From an uncultured cyanobacterium (GTDB taxonomy: Bacteria > Cyanobacteriota > Cyanobacteriia > Cyanobacteriales > CAWCAG01): a stretch of DNA of 64,000 bases. The number at the start of each line of letters is the position of its first letter. Positions within the stretch are counted from its first letter, which is position 1. The translations under genes were made by a program, and so were the position numbers. The notes beneath the pieces were generated by a model, which saw only the letters and a program-made list of their open reading frames with translations, was not told where the DNA came from and made no database searches. The stretch covers positions 576,001 to 640,000 of the forward strand of contig CAWCAG010000009.1 of the NCBI GenBank assembly GCA_963793425.1, read 5' to 3'. Of the stretch, positions 22,347 to 31,081 are shown in pieces.

Positions 22347-23936
22347 TTAATTTAATCCTGCTTCTAAACCTATTTCTAATTCGTATTCACTGGCAGCAAC
22401 ACCATTGACGAGATCAACTTCTATAAAGTAAGTTCCATCTTTAGGAACTGTTCCTTGCCACAAACGAGTATTAGTTGCCCTAGAATTTATAGGTTGTTGG
22501 TTAATTCCGAATAGAGAAACTGTCACTTCTCCACGAATAATAGCAAAATTTAAACGCTGCCCTTCTGATAAAAAAACTTTATAAGAAACTCCCGTATCTT
22601 TTTCTAAACTACCTGATTGGGTCACACTTTCACTCTCTTGTAAAGAGAGACTTTCTTTTCTCATCGGTTTAGAAGTAATAGAGAAATTGGGATTATTGGG
22701 ATTACCAGCAGCCCCTTGTTGAGGCGGAGGTAAACGCCCTGGCGGCGGTGGAGGTAAGTTTCCTGGAGGTGGAGAGGGTGCTGTTTGCCCTGTGGTTACA
22801 GGTTGTTGAGAAATAACTCCTTGAGGAGAAGAAACTAAAGATTTAATCATCGCTGCAAAGGCAATAATAATAACACCAAGAATGCTAGTTCCAATAATTA
22901 AAATAGTTAGGGGACTATTACGACTTGAACGCTTTTTTTGAGGATAAGGATTGTTTCTTTGGTGAGTTCTTACGGTTCCTTTTGCTAAGGAAGTTACCTT
23001 ACTTCCAGAAGAAGAATTACTGAGTTCTGTAGTATTTTTTCCTGTAGAAATTAAGGTTTCAGCTTGATGAGGAGAAGCTGTATCTGTAACTAAATCAGCT
23101 ATGGAACGCAATGCTTGGGCAGCCTCTGTAGCTGATTGGTAACGACTATTAGGACGGGGACTCATCATCCGGTTTAAAATCCCTCCCAGATGAAAACTCA
23201 GGGTTGGTATCCACTGTTGCCAACGCCAAGTCATGGTATGCTGGTCGAATAATTCCTGGGGTTCTCTCCCGGTTAAAAGAACTACTCCGGTGACCGCTAA
23301 AGCATAAATGTCACTATTAGGAAAAACATTGCCTGTTTGTAGCTGTTCGTTAGGAGAGTAGCCGACTTTACCCACTGTAGTTGCTTGAATGGCAGTTTCT
23401 TCTTCTAACTGAGCTACTTTTTCTTTCACTACCCCAAAATCGATTAATACAGGTAGGTCGTCTTTTGCTCTATGAATAATATTATCAGGGGAAATATCGC
23501 GGTGAATAAGCCCTTGGTTATGAATATGTTCTAAAACTGGTAACATTGCTTGGAAGAACTTAACTATTTCTGTTTGCGTAAATGTTTCTCCTTGAATTTG
23601 ACGTTCTTCTAGTAACTGACTATAGGTTTTTCCTTCTACATAATCCTGTACTAAAAACAACCGCCCTCCAGCCACAAAAGCGGCTCTAAATTTAGGGATT
23701 TGTGGATGATCTATTTTATAAAGGACCTGTGCCTCCCTTTGAAAAAGTTCTTTAGATTTTTTCAAGATAGAAGCATCTTTTCTATTGCCGGGATAATATT
23801 CTTTTAAGACACAAACTTCGTTAAAACGAGTCAAGTCTTCCACTAAATAAGTCCTACCAAAACCACCTTTACCAATGGCTTCTTTGATTTTGTACTGTTG
23901 TCTCAAGACTGTTTGTGGTGGTATGGGAGGTTGCAT
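22347..23936 (-). CDS. Membrane Ser/Thr protein kinase with Pro-rich linker and extracytoplasmic beta domain
   Basis: GKGGFG, HRDISPDNI, LIDFG; TM helix LTILIIGTSILGVIIIAFAAMI. Confidence 0.9.
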   Translation of the reverse strand: MQPPIPPQTVLRQQYKIKEAIGKGGFGRTYLVEDLTRFNEVCVLKEYYPGNRKDASILKKSKELFQREAQVLYKIDHPQIPKFRAAFVAGGRLFLVQDYVEGKTYSQLLEERQIQGETFTQTEIVKFFQAMLPVLEHIHNQGLIHRDISPDNIIHRAKDDLPVLIDFGVVKEKVAQLEEETAIQATTVGKVGYSPNEQLQTGNVFPNSDIYALAVTGVVLLTGREPQELFDQHTMTWRWQQWIPTLSFHLGGILNRMMSPRPNSRYQSATEAAQALRSIADLVTDTASPHQAETLISTGKNTTELSNSSSGSKVTSLAKGTVRTHQRNNPYPQKKRSSRNSPLTILIIGTSILGVIIIAFAAMIKSLVSSPQGVISQQPVTTGQTAPSPPPGNLPPPPPGRLPPPQQGAAGNPNNPNFSITSKPMRKESLSLQESESVTQSGSLEKDTGVSYKVFLSEGQRLNFAIIRGEVTVSLFGINQQPINSRATNTRLWQGTVPKDGTYFIEVDLVNGVAASEYELEIGLEAGLN

Positions 23937-24206
23937 AGCTAAGTAATAAGTAAGCTGTTATGCTTTTAAATTGGTTTGCAAGGGGAGGGAAGCCGTAAAG
24001 ACATCTGTCGCCTCCAGGAAAACAGGATAATCGCTATTAATTATCATAATTCCCAGTTTCGAGTTCTTTTCTTGCAATTCTCAACAGTTTTTGTGTTATG
24101 GTAGCAAGCTGACTAAAAAAGCTGACACTTTACAGATCGTTTAAAATTATTAAATCTCTCGTTAATAAAATAAAAGATAGCAGCAATATTTCTGAGTCAT
24201 TATTAG

Positions 24207-24659
24207 TTGAAGAAATTAATGAAAACTAATTGGTATCAAAAAATTGTCACTTTACTATTAATACTACTACTAAGCGCCTGTGCTGGCCCTACTCCTCCTT
24301 TAACCTTAGCACCAGGTAAAAACTTAGTGAAACAAGCTGTAGAATTACAAGTAAGTTTGGCTCAAAAACGTCTCAGTGAAAAGCTTAACGCCTCTTCTGC
24401 TGCCTGGGAAATTAGCAAAATTAAAATTAAAGACTTAAAACCTCTTTACGTTAACAACCTAGCCACTTACCATCTTAAAGGAACCTACAATTTGAAAATA
24501 AAGTTGGATGATAAAAAAGTTGAGCAAGATAAAGATGATTTTGATCTTTACTTACAACTGCAAAGAGAAGGAAAAACTTGGCGCTTATTGAAACGAGGAT
24601 TAGAAAAGGGAGAAACAGGAGAAAGTAAACCAATTTGGAAAACTTATTTAGTACGTTAA
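24207..24659 (+). CDS. Hypothetical lipoprotein
   Basis: Lipobox LSAC after a hydrophobic stretch; alternative ATG start at 24219. Confidence 0.75.
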   Translation: MKKLMKTNWYQKIVTLLLILLLSACAGPTPPLTLAPGKNLVKQAVELQVSLAQKRLSEKLNASSAAWEISKIKIKDLKPLYVNNLATYHLKGTYNLKIKLDDKKVEQDKDDFDLYLQLQREGKTWRLLKRGLEKGETGESKPIWKTYLVR

Positions 24660-24678
24660 CTTAGTCATTAAACTTATC

Positions 24679-24945
24679 ATGGAAAAATATCAGGCCAGCA
24701 TTTACATCACCCTTAGACCTTCAGTACTAGATCCGGCCGGTACGGCAGTACAATCTGGTATAGAACAGTTGGGTTATCAAGGAGTAGAAAAAGTTAGAAT
24801 TGGTAAATTTGTTGAGTTGACTATAACTGCTGCTAATAAACAACAAGCAGAAGAACAATTAGCACAAATTTGCGATCGCCTCTTAGCAAATACAGTGATC
24901 GAAAATTATCGTTTTGAGTTGAAAGAATTAGTTGTTAGCGGTTAG
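24679..24945 (+). CDS. purS: Phosphoribosylformylglycinamidine synthase subunit PurS
   Basis: [25 protein letters not shown]. Confidence 0.95.
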   Translation: MEKYQASIYITLRPSVLDPAGTAVQSGIEQLGYQGVEKVRIGKFVELTITAANKQQAEEQLAQICDRLLANTVIENYRFELKELVVSG

Positions 24946-24950
24946 TAATT

Positions 24951-25640
24951 ATGAAATTTGGTATTATTGTCTTTCCTGGTTCAAACTGCGATCGCGACGT
25001 AAAAACCGTAACCAAAGGTTTGTTAAAAAAGCCAACCCGCATGGTTTGGCATCAAGAAACAGATATTAGTGAATTAGATGTAATCATTATTCCTGGCGGT
25101 TTTAGCTATGGAGATTATTTGCGCTGTGGTGCGATCGCTCGTTTTTCTCCTGTCATGAAAAGCGTACTCAATCATGCTCAACAGGGAAAATATATTTTAG
25201 GAATTTGTAACGGTTTCCAAATCTTAACGGAAGTAGGACTCTTGCCAGGGGCTTTAATTCGTAACCGAGACTTACACTTTATCTGCGATCGCCTTCCCCT
25301 TAAAGTAGAAAGAACAGACTTAACTTGGACTCAAGCTTACTCTTCCGGTCAAATAATCAACTTACCCATTGCCCATGGCGAAGGTCGTTACTACGCTGAT
25401 GCTGATACCCTCAAAGCTATAGAAGATAGAGGTCAAGTAATCTTTCGTTATTGTAATCGTGATGGGGAAATTAACCAAACAAGTAATCCCAATGGTTCGG
25501 TCAATAATATTGCTGGAATCAGCAACGAACAAGGTAACATTTTAGGTATGATGCCCCATCCAGAAAGAGCCTCCGATCCTCTCCTTGGTTCTACAGAAGG
25601 AAGAAGTTTATTTACCAGCTTGCTAGAAGTTTGTGTCTAG
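24951..25640 (+). CDS. purQ: Phosphoribosylformylglycinamidine synthase subunit PurQ
   Basis: [34 protein letters not shown]. Confidence 0.96.
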   Translation: MKFGIIVFPGSNCDRDVKTVTKGLLKKPTRMVWHQETDISELDVIIIPGGFSYGDYLRCGAIARFSPVMKSVLNHAQQGKYILGICNGFQILTEVGLLPGALIRNRDLHFICDRLPLKVERTDLTWTQAYSSGQIINLPIAHGEGRYYADADTLKAIEDRGQVIFRYCNRDGEINQTSNPNGSVNNIAGISNEQGNILGMMPHPERASDPLLGSTEGRSLFTSLLEVCV

Positions 25641-25962
25641 CCCTGACGGTAGTTAATCTGAATGATCAAAGAAAATTTTCTTTGTTGTCAATAGCTAGTG
25701 TGCCAGTTCAAGACATTATTTTTCTGCGAGCGTTGTTTTTTCCTCTTTCGTTATATTGGTGGCACACTAACTTAGGGATTTCGCGACTAAACCTTTGCTA
25801 AGTATTAACATCCAAGTACAATTAACTATATTCCTGGATTATTTCCGGAATTCATCTACTTTTTGTTGTAATCAAATTTTCTCTCACAGAAGAGTTTATT
25901 CTCAGCCTGCTTTAGATCACAGGAAGGAAAACTTCTCTTCAGTAGTTTAAAATCAGACAAAT

Positions 25963-27207
25963 ATGCAATCTTTTCTACCTCAAGGCACTATTCTTCTACT
26001 TATTTTCGGCGGTGCAGTAGTAATGTTTTTCTCCACTCTCAAGGTGAAGAATATTCTCCGTTTATCTAGTTCCGGTGGTCAAAAGCGGAGTTGGCAAGTC
26101 TTATATTGTTTGACAATTTTCTTTCTCTGTGGCTATTCTCTAGCTTTTTATTTGGTTTGGGTAGGTAACAACAACTTATTACCTTTTTTAACAGGAATAG
26201 TTTTTCTTTCCACTGCTTGGTTCATTTTCTTTAGCATCAGCATTTACCACCAAACCTTGAGTCAAATCCTCAGCATCAAAGACGAACACAAAATAGCCCA
26301 AGAAAAAGCAGAAATTAGTTTGCATCAGGTACAGCGATCACAAATGCAATCTGTTCACAAAGAAAAAATGTCTAGCTTAGGTCAACTAGTGGCAGGAGTA
26401 GCACACGAAATCAATAATCCTGTGAACTTTATTTATGGCAACCTTTCCTATGCCAGCGAATATATTGAAGACCTTTTTAGATTATTAACTGTATATTCTC
26501 GCTATTATCCTAAACCTCCTCCTGAAGTTGCAGAAGTGGCCGAAGAAATTGATCTAGAATTCCTTAAATTAGACTTGCCTAGACTTTTAGGTTCAATGCA
26601 AATTGGTGCAGAACGAATCAGAGAAATTGTTAGTTCTCTACGTAACTTTTCTCGTCTGGATCAAGCAGAGTGTAAATTTGCCTCTTTACACGAAGGTATA
26701 GATAACACCCTGTTGCTTTTACGTAGTCGCTTCAAAATAAAACCGGGTTTGCCTTCTGTTGAACTTGCCAAAGATTATAGTAATCTTCCCTTGATTAAAT
26801 GCTTTCCCGGAGAGATTAATCAGGTATTTATGAATCTTATCAGCAATGCCATAGATACCCTCGAAGAACGTAACAATCAGCTACCCCCAGAAGAATTAGA
26901 GGTTAATCCTAGCAAAATCTGGATTAAAACCATTGCCCTAGAAGAAGACTGGGTGAGAATCACAATTAAAGATAACGGTATGGGAATGAGTGAAGAAGTT
27001 AGCAACCGCATCTTTGATCCCTTTTTTACCACCAAACCTGTAGGCAAAGGAACAGGACTAGGTTTATCTATTAGTCATCAAATCATTGTTGAAAAACATG
27101 GTGGTCGTCTCCGCTTTTTTTCCACTCCCAGCAAGGGAACTGAGTTTGTCGTTGAACTACCCGTCCAAAAAGTCTCTAACCCTGTTACTATAGCTTCCCC
27201 AGTTTGA
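25963..27207 (+). CDS. Sensor histidine kinase with N-terminal 3-TM sensor domain
   Basis: H-box AGVAHEINNP, N-box NLISNAID, DNGMG, FDPFFTTK, GTGLGLS. Confidence 0.92.
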   Translation: MQSFLPQGTILLLIFGGAVVMFFSTLKVKNILRLSSSGGQKRSWQVLYCLTIFFLCGYSLAFYLVWVGNNNLLPFLTGIVFLSTAWFIFFSISIYHQTLSQILSIKDEHKIAQEKAEISLHQVQRSQMQSVHKEKMSSLGQLVAGVAHEINNPVNFIYGNLSYASEYIEDLFRLLTVYSRYYPKPPPEVAEVAEEIDLEFLKLDLPRLLGSMQIGAERIREIVSSLRNFSRLDQAECKFASLHEGIDNTLLLLRSRFKIKPGLPSVELAKDYSNLPLIKCFPGEINQVFMNLISNAIDTLEERNNQLPPEELEVNPSKIWIKTIALEEDWVRITIKDNGMGMSEEVSNRIFDPFFTTKPVGKGTGLGLSISHQIIVEKHGGRLRFFSTPSKGTEFVVELPVQKVSNPVTIASPV

Positions 27208-27229
27208 TGGGTTATGAAGCCAAAATTTC

Positions 27230-27254
27230 CCTCCCCATTAGCCTAATGGGGAGG
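27230..27254. terminator. Hairpin between convergent genes (probable bidirectional terminator)
   Basis: CCTCCCCATTA-GCC-TAATGGGGAGG, perfect 11-bp stem. Confidence 0.65.
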
Positions 27255-27265
27255 TAAGTATAACT

Positions 27266-28018
27266 CTATAGATTCTTACTCGCTTCTACTTCCAAATTAT
27301 CTCCCATCCAAGTAAACATATCTTGAATTGATAGGGCCATATCTTGTACCCCTGCTTGGAATAAAGCTATATCATCCTCAGATTGGATGTGCATTTGGGC
27401 CACCTCAAGCAACTCATCAGTATGCTCTGGATCAAGGATACAGTGAATGTGGAAGTACTCAATAGTTTGGTCTTCAATGCCAGGAAAAATTTTACGCAAT
27501 CCCTCAATGTAGTTAGGGAAAATACCAGGCAAAATTTGTTCAATAACAGCAAAGCGCCCTAAAGAGCGTACAATTGGCTCATCATCACAAACTTCAAACT
27601 TCTTAAACCGCAAGGCTGGAATACGAAAAGCACCATCATCTTCATTAAGATCAACACGAGGGCAATCAATACCTCTCATAAAGCGCATAAACAAAGCCAC
27701 ATGAGCTTTGTCTGCATCTAACTCTCCATGTTCAGTAAAAGCATTTTCTAACATAATCGTCCGGGCGCGATAATTAGACATTTTCGCTGTTACTTTCAAA
27801 AATGCTTGGTTGAAGCGGTTGCTTCCTGGTAGCATTTTCATGGCAAATTTACGAATAGCATCTTGGCTAAAATTTCCTGCGGCAAATTGCTTAACAAAAA
27901 GATGATTTTCTAAGGCGTGTTGGGAAACGACTTCATTGAGTATTTGATTGAGCTTTTGCTTTTGGGAAATGGGGGTAGAAACAGGAGCTTGTTTTTGATT
28001 GATTAGCAGAGATGTCAT
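27266..28018 (-). CDS. Heme-oxygenase-like diiron oxidase (TenA/PqqC/CADD-fold iron-containing redox enzyme)
   Basis: Candidate diiron ligands: TEHG..KAH, AVIEQ, and H-x3-D-x2-H (YFHIHCILDPEH). Confidence 0.8.
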   Translation of the reverse strand: MTSLLINQKQAPVSTPISQKQKLNQILNEVVSQHALENHLFVKQFAAGNFSQDAIRKFAMKMLPGSNRFNQAFLKVTAKMSNYRARTIMLENAFTEHGELDADKAHVALFMRFMRGIDCPRVDLNEDDGAFRIPALRFKKFEVCDDEPIVRSLGRFAVIEQILPGIFPNYIEGLRKIFPGIEDQTIEYFHIHCILDPEHTDELLEVAQMHIQSEDDIALFQAGVQDMALSIQDMFTWMGDNLEVEASKNL

Positions 28019-28251
28019 AGGTTTTCGGTAGCTGCACAACGTTTATTATTATATATAAAAACATTTAATTTTTTGCCGCAGTAAAAATAAATACATTCTC
28101 TATTTCTTCACGAAAAAGACATCACTTAGAGGTTATCTATTAAGTATTAAAAACAAATACTGTAAGTAGGATAATTAATATTATCCTACTCAATAATTTT
28201 ACTTATTCACCTATACTTAACCTTCTTAAAGCTGTTTGCTTACTATTTAAT

Positions 28252-28737
28252 TTAGCTATCTAAGGATGCAGCACCAAAGGTCGCATTGAAGCGACGACAC
28301 CAAATAGCCACAGAGTTATAATCTTCTAAATTAATATTTTCAGGAATAGCATAGCGTTGTTTACCTGTAGTTGTTTGTAAAGGAGCTAATGTAACATATT
28401 CCCCTTCCTTAATACCAAAAGCAGGGGCTTGTCCAGAACCAATAACATCAGCGGAACGGTGTAAAACCACAAACAAATCTGGCCCGCTGTCAGTTTGGAA
28501 AGATTGATCAAACTCTAAATAGCGATCGCCATTTTCTTCTACTATTACTGCATTACCAGCAGTAGGATGTTCCCCATTAACAAACATTCCTGACTTGAGC
28601 ATCGAACCAGCCATTTTCTTCATGCTTAAGGTTTCTAGGCTAGTAGAAGGATGAGATAGCATCTCTGCTTTTAGAGCAGGAGAAACAGCAGCAGAAACTA
28701 ACAGAATAGATAAACCGCCCAAGATTAATTTTCTCAT
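28252..28737 (-). CDS. Secreted DM13 domain protein
   Basis: Signal peptide; HPTAG, GPDLFVVL, GKQRYAIP, VAIWCRRFNATFG. Confidence 0.88.
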   Translation of the reverse strand: MRKLILGGLSILLVSAAVSPALKAEMLSHPSTSLETLSMKKMAGSMLKSGMFVNGEHPTAGNAVIVEENGDRYLEFDQSFQTDSGPDLFVVLHRSADVIGSGQAPAFGIKEGEYVTLAPLQTTTGKQRYAIPENINLEDYNSVAIWCRRFNATFGAASLDS

Positions 28738-28868
28738 AATCATTAACTCCTTCGTCAAATATTTAGATAAAAGACTTTCAAACCCCAAAACCTGATTTGA
28801 AAGTCTGAACAAATGTGTGATTGTCCTTATCTATTAGCATCAATGAGCAAACTGAGTTTATCCCCATT

Positions 28869-28898
28869 AAAAAATGAGACTCTGATAAGAGTCTCATT
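28869..28898 (-). terminator. Intrinsic terminator downstream of the 28990..29691 gene
   Basis: Minus strand AATGAGACTCT-TATC-AGAGTCTCATT followed by a T-run. Confidence 0.7.
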
Positions 28899-28989
28899 AG
28901 AAAGCTGAGAGCGAAGAAATTTGAAGCAAGGGTAACTCAATTTACCTATTGTCTAATCAAGCAATTAGCCACTAGCCACTAGATATTAT

Positions 28990-29691
28990 CTAACCTATAC
29001 GTTCATAAATTTTGGCATTGTTACGGGCGCGGTTCCTACCAGTAAATTCCCAAACAGAACCATCTTTGCCAGTTACTTTAGCACCAGCTTTTTTCACCTT
29101 ATCTGTTTGCCCTCTAGTAAGAATTTTGGTTTGGGTTAAGTCAGTTTGCATCTTTTTAGTCCCAACTCCCCAACCTTCTTGATCAGCAATTGAAGACTTT
29201 GTTTCGGTTTGGGCTTTGCTGGGCTTACTCGCAGCTTTTTTAGGAGTAGGCTTCGGTTTGCTTGCTTTTGCTGTCCCTGTTGGACGCTCTTGCTGTGCTT
29301 TTAAAGTAGCAATTTCTGCTTGCATACTTACCCTTTCAGCTTGGAGAGCATCTGCTACTGGCATAGGTAAATAGAAAGTCTGTCCCGCTAGGGTTGCTTT
29401 GGTAGTGGCGCTGCTAGGGGCGCTGCTTTCGTCTTGCCCTTGCGTCACTTCTCCTCCAAGTTTGAGCCGTTCATTTTCTTGAGCCATAGCCATGACTTGC
29501 TTTTGCGACTCGCCGAAAGCGAAGACTATACCTTTGAGTTCAGCTTTCACCGCTTCTACCTCAGCTTGGAGTTGCTCAACCTGTTCTGATGCTTCTTCAG
29601 CTTGCACTGAGGCAAGCATTTCTGTGTAAAGTTGAGTAAAGAGTTGCTGAACCTGGGGAGGAATGACGGAAGATTCAAGAGATTTGGACAT
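28990..29691 (-). CDS. Hypothetical coiled-coil protein with Lys/Ala/Pro-rich linker and basic C-terminal domain
   Basis: 233 aa ORF with its own terminator; no recognised family. Confidence 0.75.
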   Translation of the reverse strand: MSKSLESSVIPPQVQQLFTQLYTEMLASVQAEEASEQVEQLQAEVEAVKAELKGIVFAFGESQKQVMAMAQENERLKLGGEVTQGQDESSAPSSATTKATLAGQTFYLPMPVADALQAERVSMQAEIATLKAQQERPTGTAKASKPKPTPKKAASKPSKAQTETKSSIADQEGWGVGTKKMQTDLTQTKILTRGQTDKVKKAGAKVTGKDGSVWEFTGRNRARNNAKIYERIG

Positions 29692-29997
29692 AATGTAAAA
29701 TGTTCAGAATACATAGCTGCAAGATAATACCTTAAGATACGCTATCTTTCCTACTAACAGCTAGCATTCTAGCAAAATTAATTTCCCAACTGGCAGTGTT
29801 GAAGAAAAATGCAACCTGTCATTTAGAATCTACAACCCTTGATATACAGTACTTTCGACCTTTTGTTTTTTGCCTTCAGACACTTAATATAAAACGATGA
29901 AGCAATGTTGCTTTTTGCAACGGACTTATGCTTGCCCGCCGCAAGGTTAGTCAACGAAAGGGAATGTAAGAACTGAAAATCTTCAACTCTTATTTAA

Positions 29998-31050
29998 TTA
30001 AATTTCATCCCAACCGCTCACTCCAGAGGACATCACATAGCTGGTAACTCCTGCTTCAAAGAAGTTTGCTTTGGTATGCCCTTCTTTTTTTGTGTCGGAA
30101 AAGCGCTCTAAGTGTGCGTAGGGACTCTTTTTGTATTTTTCTTCTGGGTACAAGGGTTTTAAGCCAATACTACGCAGTCTCATATTAGCTAGGTACTTGG
30201 TATACTGCTCCGTGCTAGCTTCTGTGATACCTAAAATGTTGTTGCCAACAATATGATTAGTCCAGCGGCATTCATGTTCTACGGCCGCATTCACCATGGC
30301 ATAAACTTGTTCGAGGGAATGGGGAAATATTTGCATTGCTTCGGGGATGAGTTTTTGGAATAAGCGAACATGACTCAACTCATCGCGGTTAATCATTTTA
30401 AAAATGTCTGCACTCCCCGGCATTAACATTCTAGAAGCAAGGTTATAAAAGTAGATGAAGCCGTTGTAAAAATAAAGTCCTTCTAACAAAAAGTCGGCAA
30501 GTAAGGAAACAAAGTATCTTTCTGGTGTGGGATGATCAACATATTGTTGATAAAGTCCGGCGACAAATTCGCACCGATCTCTTAGTACGCTATCGGTACG
30601 CCAAAATTCATAAACTGCATTCCTGCGTTCACTAGGAATGACAGTTTCAATGATATATTGATAACTTTGGTTGTGCATCCCTTCTTGGGAGATTTGCTCT
30701 GCCATACAAAGGCTGACTTCTGGGGCAGTAACACTACTTTTGATGTGGGGAATATTACAAGTCTGTACAGAGTCTAAGAAGGTGAGGTAGGAAAGAATAC
30801 CGTCGAAGGCATAGCGTTCCTCTGGAGTTAGGTTCCAATAATCAGTGACATCTTGGGTTAAGTCCAGTTTTTGGGGAACCCAAAAGTTTTCTCGCATTTG
30901 TTGATATAAACCAATAGCCCAGGGATAGCGGACATCGTTGAGTTGCATGAGGTTTGTGGTGTTACCAAACCAAATAGAACGAGTTTCAGTGCTATCGTCC
31001 CCATCAGGGTTGAAGATGGGGTTATTTTTCATGGAAATTTTAGCTTGCAT
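29998..31050 (-). CDS. nrdB: Class I ribonucleotide reductase beta subunit
   Basis: LTFLDSVQ, QEGMHNQSY (radical Tyr), LEGLYFYNGF, RDELSH. Confidence 0.93.
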   Translation of the reverse strand: MQAKISMKNNPIFNPDGDDSTETRSIWFGNTTNLMQLNDVRYPWAIGLYQQMRENFWVPQKLDLTQDVTDYWNLTPEERYAFDGILSYLTFLDSVQTCNIPHIKSSVTAPEVSLCMAEQISQEGMHNQSYQYIIETVIPSERRNAVYEFWRTDSVLRDRCEFVAGLYQQYVDHPTPERYFVSLLADFLLEGLYFYNGFIYFYNLASRMLMPGSADIFKMINRDELSHVRLFQKLIPEAMQIFPHSLEQVYAMVNAAVEHECRWTNHIVGNNILGITEASTEQYTKYLANMRLRSIGLKPLYPEEKYKKSPYAHLERFSDTKKEGHTKANFFEAGVTSYVMSSGVSGWDEI

Positions 31051-31081
31051 TTTTAGTAGGGAGGTAGGAGTTTATGATTCA

